Part shown: positions 25,393 to 36,900 of the stretch, one piece after another
Position numbering within the stretch: position 1 is the first letter of the stretch
How the letters are laid out: every line of letters begins with the position of its first letter
Origin: Mytilus trossulus
Lineage: Eukaryota
Direction of reading: 5' to 3'
Length of the DNA stretch: 64,000 nt
Assembly: GCF_036588685.1 (NCBI RefSeq)
Contig: NC_086378.1
Span: 84,816,001-84,880,000 of the forward strand
Position numbers and translations under genes: made by a program
Notes under the pieces: generated by a model
What the model saw: only the letters and a program-made list of their open reading frames with translations
What the model was told of the DNA's origin: nothing
Database searches by the model: none

Positions 25393-28300
25393 TACGGAAG
25401 GCTGTACGGTTGCTTTTATATGATTTCTTACATCCACTGCATTTAAAATCTGGTAGATATTTGTCTCATTGGCAATCACACCACATCTTACTTTATTCCA
25501 ACTCCTATGTTCCGTTTTGTATACTTCAACGTTGTTTATTAAGTACGCATATCCTGGATCTTTCGGAAGCCCGAGCAAAAGCCCTAGTTCCACGATAGAA
25601 AAACTTAGTTACGACTCAAAAAAACATATAAAATAACTCGAATTTCAACTTGAAATCTTAATAAATCTAAATACGACTAAAATTCGAATCTAACTCAAAC
25701 TCTACCTCAAGAGGTGACTCAAATTCAAAGTTGTAACTAGTACTATGTCTTTAAATGTGACTCAAACTCGAAGTCCAACTCGAAAATCAATTCTAACTAG
25801 AACTTTAATTGTAAGTATGACTTTCATTCGAAAACTAACTCAAAGTTTAACTTAAACAGTAACCCGGACTTTAATTTGAACACTGATAAGATGGATGGCC
25901 AAACGCATTAGAGGCACATACAATATGGAAATCTATCTAAAAATAGAACAGGTTTTTCCGAATTGGTCACGTGGTTTTACCTCATCAAGTAATGGGATAA
26001 CCACATCAAAGAATGACAGGACCACATCAAAGAATTACAAGCCACATCAAATAATGAAACAAACACATCAAGTAGTGTAAAATTTTCAAATTTTGAATTA
26101 TCTTTACGCAATGTTAAAACCATATAAAGAATAGACAAATCATCATTACGAAATAACAAAATCACATCAAGTAATGTTAAAACCACATTGACTAATGACA
26201 CAACCATATTGAATAATGATGAAACCACATCGAGTAATGACAAAAGCACATTGAGTAATGACAAAACTATATCAAGTCAATATGAAACCATATCGTGTAA
26301 TATCGAAATATCATCAAGTAATGACTATTCCATATTGAGTTATATTAAAACATCATTGCGTAATGTCAAAACCATATCAAATAAAGACACACTATTGTAA
26401 AGTTATGATAAAAAATCATAAAGTAATATCAGAGTTTCAAATAAGACAGCTGTGGCGTTCCATATTTTCACATATTCAACTATATTTTATAATCCTTTTT
26501 TTTTTAAAGCAAGTTCATTAAGGTAAAGATATTTTTAGATGAACTAACAAAAAATACGAAAATATTTTGACTTATTATTAACACAAATTAAACTTAATTA
26601 ATTTAAAAGACATTTAAAATTATACACCTGCTTGACACTAAAACTAATACAGTAGACCGGAAATATAACTTTTACTTCAACCTTTACCTGTCAGATAATC
26701 CAATGACCCTATCAGTCGTGTGCCAGTAGAGATTAAAGTAGAATAAGGGCAATTAATTCCTCGGTGTGGAGAGCGAGCTCGCTATCACAATAAATATTTA
26801 CCTGATTTTAGGAGAGATTACTCCCAAATTCCTCCCAACATCTTGACAGGAATATCGGAGTTTTTCGGAGTGACTCCGACATTTTCCTTGGTGTAGGGTG
26901 TAGGAGAGTTGAGCCTTCTGAAATGTACTGTATTTGACATACATCTTTAATACTGTGTGACACTATCCCTTCTATCAGGCCCTTTAAATGAAACTTTTCA
27001 TAGTCAAAAACACTTGGTACATCATATAAAAACTTTGTAAACATAAAACCATCTTCATTCTCAAAATGTCCGTTATATTTTGTCAACAGTAACAGACAAT
27101 TAAGGATGAACAACTGTATATACTAAAGTTGAAGACTAAAAGCTTTACATAATATACTTTCCAAAATATCAGACATAAAAAATCAACAATGTTAAAATTT
27201 ATAATTTGACACACGTTTCAAGATACATTTTTGATATTGTGAAAAAATCTGAATTTGAAACATATGCTACAAGATTTAAACAGGTGTTCCATACATGATG
27301 GTTGAAGTTTGATGGAAGTATCTCTGCTATTTGTGAGAATTATTCATCTCTATTTTGTATTGTGTCTCAATATAAAAAATGTTATCTTACCTGCTCATAT
27401 TTTAAGGAGAATAAGAAACATATTTATCAATAGAAGTAAAATTTCTTGGAGCTTGACCAAGTAATGGACATAATCTTCAGATGCAGCTAAAGACAGTATT
27501 CCTGGAACAGTTTATGCTATTCTAGTAACTACACCACTGTGCCTCCCTACCATAACTGCAGCTTCTTCTTTTGCTATTCCACACATATTTGACACATTTA
27601 TATTGAAATCATTTAAGGAATCAAATATGTCTTGTGTTATTTTGACAGCAGTGGCTCCATCTTGTAAATTTTTTACACCAAGTAAGCGCGACTTTGGTTA
27701 AATTTACCTAAATGTTGATTTAGGAATCGCATATAAATTAACAAGTTGTGATCAACACTAATATCCGTTGATCCATCAATCATGATGCTATAATATTTAT
27801 TGTTTAAACTTTTAATAATGTCTTTAATAACGACTGTGGATATGGTCTGTTGGAAGTCATGAATACTGTTGCTGTGTTCATTAGTTGTGTTTGTCCACCT
27901 TCAAGACTATGAGGTCACTACAGCCCTACAAATAACTTAACATTTTAGTTAATTTGTTTCAAATGATTTTATTGTTAGTTAACATTGTTGAAAGATAAAA
28001 ATTATTATTTCTGTGTAATTCTGATTTCCGGTGCATTTTTTATAATTCATCTGAATATTTACAAATATTGAAAAATTGAACTAGCAATGTTAACTACGTT
28101 AATGATAAATACAATGTTTATTGAAATCAGCAAATATGTGGTTGCATAAGTTGAATTGTGCAATGCAGTAATTATTACACATAGCTGCTGTTACTGATGC
28201 CTCATACTTTTCTAAGAGCTTTCTCTGTGAAGTCTTGAATTGTTGACCTGTATTTAGAATTTTCCTGAAGCAGCAAGGCTGTTTTTACCTGAAATAAAAT

Positions 28301-29530
28301 AAAATATCACAGTCTTTGTATAGCTATCTCTAAGGTATAAGATTTAGTCATTGTTGAAGACCGAACAGTGACCAATAACTATATCCACACTATTTTATCT
28401 CTGGAGGATAGTTGTCTCATTAGCAATCATTCCTGATTACCACATCTATTTTGGTATGTTTATAAATCATGTCCCAAAGGAGGAAAAACACATATTTGGA
28501 CAAGTTAATTCAGATCATCTTAATTAAAATAAATATTGAACATGTACCTTTTCCTGCTTCGTGCTTGGTAATATTTTCCAATTTGAAGACAGTACATCCT
28601 GGTGCGACAGACAACAGATTTTTGACCTGGGCACGTTGGCAAATAGTACAGTACATGCTCTTCTTTTCCGGATGGTCTGTTATGTCACCACTGTTCCTTA
28701 AAACCTCTAACTTCAACCTTTTGTGATGATTTCGGGTCCTAATAATTTCGTCTTTCAACAGTTGTACATGTTCTGGTATAGAATTTCGTTTAGACAAACT
28801 GGAAGGGATCTGAATGAATCCGAAATTTTAGTTATATTTATAGATGTTTCTTCAAAACAAAAGTCTCCTGTTTCGGACCACCGCTAAAATGTAAAGATAA
28901 AACGTAAGAATTATCTTAAAACAGGAATGTTTGAACGATAGTGAAATCACAAAAATACTGAATTAGAGAAAAATCAGTTCGGAAAGTCCATACTTACTTG
29001 GCAAAATCAAATAACAAAACGCATCAAAAACGGATGTAACACACACAGTAACGCACTGTAATATAGCCATGGCCATTTTCCTGACTTGGTACTGGACATT
29101 TTAAGAAAACAATGGTGGCTTGAACCTGTACTAATATAACATACAGATCATCAATCAATCTCTTTACAAATAAGACCTAACATTTACCATTTCTTACCCA
29201 ATGGTGCAAAATGCATCTACCTTTTCGTATCATATTTTTGTATAGTTTTTCATTATTTTAAAGTTATTTTTCAATATAACATATTGAATCAAATTATGCA
29301 TTTAGACTTAACAATTTTATAAAGACCGATGATTGGTTTGATTTAGCAGCATTGTTTGCAGGATTTGATTTTAATTAATTGTTAAACCCTTTAAGTATGG
29401 GAGTTAATGACCAATAAAGACATAATTATCAGCAAAAGTGTGGTACATGGATTTAACTTTCAACATCATTAGGAAAACAATATATCTTCCTCATATTTTT
29501 CAATATTAGTTACATAATCGTTGATACAAA

Positions 29531-29990
29531 AGGTTCAAATGGTATTACATATAAATCTTCTATGAGGTACGAAATGATATTACGTATAAATCTTCTATGA
29601 GGTACGAAATGGTATTACATATAAATCGTCTATGAGGTACGAAATGGTATTACGTATAAATCTTCTATGAGATACGAAATGGCATACATATTAATCTTTC
29701 ATGAGGTACGAAATTGTATTTCATATAAATCTTCTATGAGGTAAAAAATGGTATTACATATAAATCTTCTATGAGGTACGTAAAGGCATACATATAAATC
29801 CTCCATGGGGTACGAAATGGTATTACATATAAATCTTCCATGAGGTATGAAATGGTATTATATATAAATCTTCTATGAGGTGCGAAATGGCATACATATT
29901 AATCTTCCATGAGATATAAAATCGTATTACATATTAACCTTCCATGAGGTACGAAACTGCATACATGTTAATCATATATGGTATGAAATG
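29531..29990. repeat. Minisatellite with 35-bp unit GGTACGAAATGGTATTACATATAAATCTTCTATGA, ~13 copies
   Basis: Visible 35-bp periodicity (TATGA at 29561, 29596, 29631...). Stray units at ~30356 and ~30602, beyond nested insertions. Confidence 0.95.
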
Positions 29991-31678
29991 TAAAAAAGAC
30001 GATGTGGTATGATTGCCAATGAGACAACTATCCACAAAAGATCAAAATGACACAAACATTAACAATTATAGGTCAACGTACGGCCTTCAACGATGAGCAA
30101 AGTCCATACCGCATAAAGTCAGCTACAAAAGGCCCCAATAAGACAATGTAAAACAATCCAAGCGAGAAAACTAACGGCCTTATTTATGTAAAAAAATGAA
30201 CGAAAAAAAATATGTAACACATAAACAAACGACAACCACTGAATTACAGGCTCCTGAGTTGGGACACGCACATACATAAATAATGTGACGGAGTTAAACA
30301 TGTTAGCGGGATCCCCCTAACCTGGGACAGTGGTATAACAGTACAACATAAGAACAAAATGGCATACATATAGAATAATAGGTAGTTTCGTAAACTGACT
30401 ATATCATGTGGAAGATCTAGACGAGCTCGTTAGGGTTGGTTAAGATATCCCTCATGATATAGTCAGTATCAAAAACGAAACTACCTATTATTCTGTTTAT
30501 CAGTAATGTATTGCCTAATATTTTCAGTGATACAGCCAGTACGTTGATATTCAAAAATATTAGGTAGTAAGATCAAAGGTAAAATATACGAATAACCGAT
30601 AAATATTAATCTTCCATGAGGTACGATAAAAAAAAAGTAATATCACAAAAATGCTGAACTCAGAGGAAAATTAAATCGGAAAGTCCATATTCACATATGA
30701 TTTAAATTACTTTAGAATGGCCCTTCATATATACTAAAAATAACTCCCTATTTACATTTGGAGTACCACATTCATTCTTGAAATGGGTACACACTTTGTA
30801 TAATGATTATAAAGGATGCCGATATAATTACGGCTGTATCTCAGGAATAAAACTAAGGATGTCTATGATTTTTGTCGAGTCTGCAACTTTTGTTGCAGAA
30901 GGCTCGACATAGGGATAGTGATCCGGCACTTCTTTTTTTTCAAACTAATGATACAATATAGGTCTGTGCGGCATATTTTCAACGTTAATATGCAAGAAAC
31001 TTCTAAGAGTTTTAACTAACACTAAATTTCTAAACTACCCCTATCTCGACTGAAGGGTTACCACAGATTTCTATATAAACAATTTTAACATGTTTATTTA
31101 CTTGTATAATTACACCTTATGTAAGAATCTTGGATTTTGATTTGTTGATAACCAGTGTATTTTTCACCAATTTACTGTTATCAAATGAATATCGTTCATA
31201 TTTTAACGCCGCCGGCGTATTTGCCAAAAGAATACGTCTTGTTTACCCTCTCTCCCTTGGTATTTGCCCAAAACGACTCTATCCGACTGGACGCTTGTAA
31301 CGTCACGATCATCAATTCGTTGAAAAATGATATATCTGTTTAATTTCCCCAAGTTATGTCTCAATGAGTTGCAACTTACATTGGGAACCAGTATGTAAAC
31401 AAAATTAATTATCTATGAATATTATATATCTACCACAAAGAGGGGTGGTTTGAGAAATAGACGATTTACAAAGTGTTACCGAGACACACATTTGTTCAAA
31501 TAGAAAAAAAAAATTCTCACATAAATACTCACTCACACTCACTTCATATACTCTGAGGTTTGTTTTACTGTAAATTTTATAACACCTCCTCTCTTTTAAT
31601 GTTTTCGAGAAATTGAAAACAAGTCTTTAATTATTGTCCGATTACCATATTTTCATGTTTTCTGACATAAAATGCCTA

Positions 31679-32157
31679 CACAGGTACTTTTGAATAGGTG
31701 CTATTTCTGTACTAAAAATATGTAGTACTGGAAATTTACTTTTAATAATTAGCACTATTTTTTTACTTTAAAATTTTGTAATATATAGGTACTTATATAA
31801 TTGAGAATATAAATTGGGAATATGTCAAAGAGACAACAACCCAACCATATTTTTGTATTTTACAGTACTTAAATTGTACTGAATATTTTGGTACAGAAAT
31901 AATACAATATTCCATGTTTGAAAATCATAATTTTAAGAGATTTGAAATAGAAAAACTTTCAAAATGTTGAAAATATAATGGTTGTAACCAAAATTCTGTA
32001 GTACCTAAATTTCAAGTACAAATTAAGTACTGTAAAATACAGGTACCTAAATACTACAATAATTTTAATGTAACAAAATAGTACTGAATATTAAAAGTAA
32101 ATTTTCAGTAATTCAGATTTTTAGTACAGAAATACTACCGATGCAAAAGTAGCTGTG
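31679..32157. mobile_element. MITE with CACAG(G/C)TACTTTTG TIRs and TA flanks
   Basis: TA-CACAGGTACTTTTG ... CAAAAGTAGCTGTG-TA; interior rich in AGTAC/GTACT subrepeats. Confidence 0.7.
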
Positions 32158-32226
32158 TAAAACCAGTTTAATACTGTTCTGATATCATTGAAAGATTTTA
32201 GAATAAGAAAAAAGAAAAAAATAAGT

Positions 32227-32600
32227 AAAAGAGGAGCGAAAGATACCAGAGGGACAGTCAAACTAAAAAATCGAAAATAAACTGATAACACCAAGCTAAA
32301 ATGAAAAGACAAACAGACAAACATTAGTACACATGACAAAAAAATAAATAATTAAAAGCAACGCAAACCCCATCAAAAACTAGGGTGAGACCAGGTGCTC
32401 CGGAAGGGAAGAAGATTCTGCTCCAAATGCGGCACAAGTTATCTTATTCATGTTATAAGGAATCCGCTAAATCTCACTTCACCATTTGAAACTCTTGGTT
32501 TCACAGCTTCCTTTAAGCAGCAATCGTCTATCAAGGAAATCTATGTAATGTGTAGCAATCAATCATTCGAACATTTAAGGTTGTATAAATTATCCAATCC
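32227..32600 (-). mobile_element. Diverged PLE 3'-end fragment (same family as 12017-12455)
   Basis: AAAAGAGGAGCGAAAGATACCAGAGGGACAGTCAAAC...GGTGCTCCGGAAGGG, plus a remnant of the RT C-terminus. Confidence 0.78.
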
Positions 32601-33984
32601 CGCCTCAGTCTCCAGTCCCAATCTTACTTTGCCGCGGTGAAAGGAATACAGATTTAGGTGGAACGGCTTACGTTTAGGATATCGCCAGGACAAAAACACC
32701 CTTCTAATAATTTTCAGGATGTATCTATGAGTTTCAATGACTGCGAAGAGTAAATATAAGCACTTCTTCACAATTTAAATTACAAATATTCATACATTAA
32801 TAATTTATTTTGCATTCAGGCCTCTAAGTAAATTATGCATACTTAAAACTCAAAATGTTTGCTGCGACATCATATTTAAGGCCAAGGATTTTATCAATCT
32901 TCATGAAATATTTATAAACCTTAAAATAAAAGTATATATTCATTAGAATCTGTGAGATAATGTTCTGTATGTTCTCATGTTTCACCCAATATAATTATCG
33001 AACAAGTATGTTAACACAATTAATTACCTATGAATATTCAAAATCTCCGCACCAGAGACGTGGTTTACGTCGTTTGTTTTCTCTTATTTTTTTAGAGTTG
33101 ATTCGCATTGCGTTAAGACGTGTCACGGTACTTGTCTATCCCAAATTCATGTGTTTGGTTTTGATGTTATATTTGTTGTTCTCGTGGGATTTTGTCTGAT
33201 GCTTGGTCCGTTTCTGTGTGTGTTACTTTTCAGTGTTGTGTCGTTGTTCTCCTCTTATATTTAATGCGTTTCCCTCGGCTTAGGTTTGTTACGCCGATTT
33301 TGTTTTTTGTCCATGGATTTATGAGTTTTGAACAGCGGTATACTACTGTTGCCTTTATTTGAGCTACACTCGTATTTACAAAGTGAAATCTAAAAGAATG
33401 AAAAAAAATACAAACTCAATAAATCCTATATTAAAAAGGACTTTGACAAGGAACTTTCAAGAGTTTATTCCTAGATTTTCCTAAGTTATTGTATATGAAT
33501 AACAATATATCCAAACGCACTGACTTTATAATTCAAACTTCTGTTCTAAAACGAGGGAGAAGTAGTATATTTAATTTGGTTAAATTGGTTTCTGCTGCAG
33601 GTAATAGACATGTCAATCATTATGTTCCACATAGCATACATCTAATAATCATTTTAGTTTTTACAGTTGTAGCCTTAGATAAATTACGCTTTTGGTTTTC
33701 GGTCCCTTTTGGTAATTGATCTCCTAAAATTTTACATATTCATACATTCGTGGCTTTAATTTGTTAGGCTTGGTCGTTGTTAATAATGTAACCCATAAAA
33801 GCGCTTCTGACACACGCAATTTATAAAATGTTTTCCTAATCATGTGTCATTTAAAATTAAAAAAAAACAAATATTTAATTAGATATGTCAGAGATAATGC
33901 CCCAAAACACAAGGAAATATTTGATATGAGTTATACAAATGTCTGAACTTAATATTATATAATTATTTTATAAAAAAATTTCAG

Positions 33985-36900
33985 AACAAAACAACCAGAT
34001 ACTTGAAGACTGGAAAACCAATGATCATATGTTTATAAACACTAGAGCTGCAAAACATATTCTGCAATGTGTAAAAAAGAACAATTGTGTGACAATTACT
34101 GCTAGTTCTGGTGCGGGCAAGACGGCTACGCTCCGACATGTAGCTTTACAAATGGCATGTGAAGGATATGATGTTCTGATGGTAACAGATCCGAGTGACG
34201 TTTTCAGGTTTTACAATCCAAAGAAAAAAACATTGTTTGTTATTGATGATTTATGTGGGAACTATTCTTTAAACCATACTGACACTAGAGTTTGGGAAAC
34301 TGTAATAAAACGATTAAAAGGAATACTTCATAAACAAATGACAAAAGTTATTGTAGCATGTCGGTTACAGGTATACCAGGATGCAAAATTTGAATCTTTA
34401 TCTGTTTTTAAGTCGTGTGTCTGTAACATGTTATTTGATAGTTTGCGTTTGTCAAAACCTGAAAAACAATTAATAGCTGAGTTATATCTTAAAACAAAAG
34501 CCAATGAAATAGCTGATTTCCACGATTTATACGATTGTTTCCCACTTATATGCAAACTTTACTGTGATAATCCAAGCAGTTGCATCACAGATTTTTTTCA
34601 GAATCCATTTTCAGTTTATGAAGCAGAGATAAACAAACTGCGTTCAAAAGGATATTATGCCAAGTACGTTGCGTTGGCTTTATGTGTCATTTTTAACAAC
34701 AGACTGAAAGAAGAATATTTGACAGATGAAGTTGATGACGACACACGGACTATCATTGCAAACACTTGTGAGGCATGTAGGCTGGACAGCGGAACATCCA
34801 GACTCATTCTAAAAGATGAACTAGATTCACTTTTATATACATTCATAAAGAAGGAACAACAAGTATATAAAATTATACACGATAAAATATTTGACTTTCT
34901 CACCTTTCATTTTGGACAGGAGATAATCCAGTGCTTAATTAAAAATGCACATAGCAGTTTGATAATGGAACGATTTTTATTAGAAAGTCAGATAAATGCA
35001 GACCAGTTTATAACAACTGTGCCTCGTAAGTATCATCAAATGTATATTAAAAGAATGATTGATGACTGGTTCAAAGGTAATGTAAAGGACGTATTTTCAA
35101 ATATTAATATGAAAATTCCACAGTTCAGGCAAAGATTTTTATGGTGCTTAGAGGAACTTGACATACCTTACCAGAAACAGTTAGCTCACACGAATGACAT
35201 AAACAACAATGATACTATACTGTTAATATGTTGCTTAGTTGGTGATATTGCCATGGTTAAGTGGTGTTTGAATCACGATGTTGATGTTAATCAATCAAGG
35301 GATGATGAAACAACTCCAGCCCATGTAGCTGCCACGGAAGGTCAAACAGAAATAATACGATTGTTGTTAGACAGAGGAGTAGATTATAATAAATGTAACA
35401 ATGAAGGTTGGTCACCTGTTATTTGTGCATGTAACAGAGGTCATACTGAAATTTTAAAGATGTTCGTGGATAAGGGAGTAGAATACAATAAATGTGAGAA
35501 TGATGGTAGGTCGCCTATCATATTTGCTTGCATCGGCGGTCATACAGAAACAGCAAATATATTGCTGGACGTTGGGGCAGATTATAGGACATGTGATAAT
35601 TTTGGTAACTCACCGTTGATGTATGCTTGTAAGAAAGGATCTACAAAAATAGTTAAAGATTTGTTAGACAGAGAAGTAAATTATGATATATGCAACAACG
35701 AAGGTTGGTCTCCTGTTATGTTTGCTTGTTCTGAAGGACATACAGAAATAGTAAGGATTTTGTTAGAGAGAGGAGCAAATTGTAACAACTTTATAAACAC
35801 CGGTTTCTCACCTCTTATGGATGCCAGTAAGAATGGACGTAAAGAAATAGTTAGAATGTTGTTAAACAAAGGGGCAGATCACAATAAATGTAACAATAAG
35901 GGTTGGTCCCCTGTAATGTTTGCTTGTTCTGAGGGGTATATAGAAATAGTTCGAATTTTATTAGAGAAAGGGGCAGATTATGATAAATGTAACACTAACG
36001 GTTGGTCACCTGTGATGTTAACTTGTTCTAAAGGGTACACAGAACTAACAAAAATGTTGTTAAAAAGAGGGGTAGATTATAATAATTGTAACATCGATGG
36101 TTTGTCAGTTATAATGTGTGCTTGTAAAAATGGAGGTATAGAAATAGTCAGAATGCTTTTAGATATAAATGCAAGTTTCGATAATTATGACATAGATGGT
36201 TGGTCACCTGTAATAGTTGCTTGTACCAGTGGACATACAGATATAGTTTCTATACTATTAGACAGAGGAGCAGATTTTAATAGATGTGACAACGATGGTA
36301 GGTCACTTTTTATGTTTGCATGCTCTCATGGGCACACAGAATTAGTACGTGGTCTATTAGACAGAGAAGTAGATTATAATGCATGTGACAATGATGGTTG
36401 GTCTCCTGTTATGTTTGCTTGTTCTACAGGGCACAAAGACATAGTGCGGATGCTATTAGAGAAAGGTGCAATAATTAATAATATTGTAAATAAAGGGTTA
36501 TCACCTTTGATATCTGCTAGTAAGAACGGACATACAGAAATAGTAAGAATGTTATTAGAAAACGGAGTAGATTATAATAAATGTAATAATAAGGGTATGT
36601 CACCTATTATGGTTGCATCTTTTGAAGGACGAATTGAAACAGTACAGCTATTAATAGAGAGAGGGGCAGAATATAATAGACGTGACAATGACGGTAGGTC
36701 ACCTGTAATGTTTGCAAGTAGCATGGGACATATTGAAATATTGAAAATATTATTAGACAAGGGAGGATATTATAATAATTGTAACAATGATGGTAAGACC
36801 CCATTACAATTAGCTTGTGTAAATGGACATACAGAAATAGTTCGGACATTATTAGCGATAGGCGCAGAAAATAAATGCGACTTCAATGGTTGGTCACCAT

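Larger units (their letters stand above)
22098..26461. mobile_element. Foldback-like element with ~1.0-1.1-kb inverted arms (22098-23233 / 25439-26461) containing 21-bp tandem subrepeats
   Basis: Ends GGAACGCCACAGCTGTCTTAT and its reverse complement, flanked by ATAT on both sides. Mirror ORFs MAKRIRGTYNMEIYLKIEQVFPNWSRG at 22540..22773(-) and 25895..26080(+). Confidence 0.85.
19573..28800 (-). pseudogene. Fragmented hAT (ZNF862-like) transposase remnants, split by later insertions
   Basis: 28510-28700 MYCTICQRAQVKN...FKLENITKHE (TTF-type Zn finger); ~27720-27830 YYSIMIDGSTDISV...LIYMRF (first catalytic Asp); ~27400-27500 LSLAASE...YSP; 27242-27355 (inverted) KQVFHT*WLKF; 19573-19700 LLTVPISSVECERGYSRQNIIKT (hAT dimerisation domain). 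Confidence 0.75.

Noticed and set aside
22540-26400. Ser/Thr/Asn-rich and Leu/Val-rich ORFs in the foldback arms
   Set aside because: Products of 21-bp tandem subrepeats; frames differ between the two arms.
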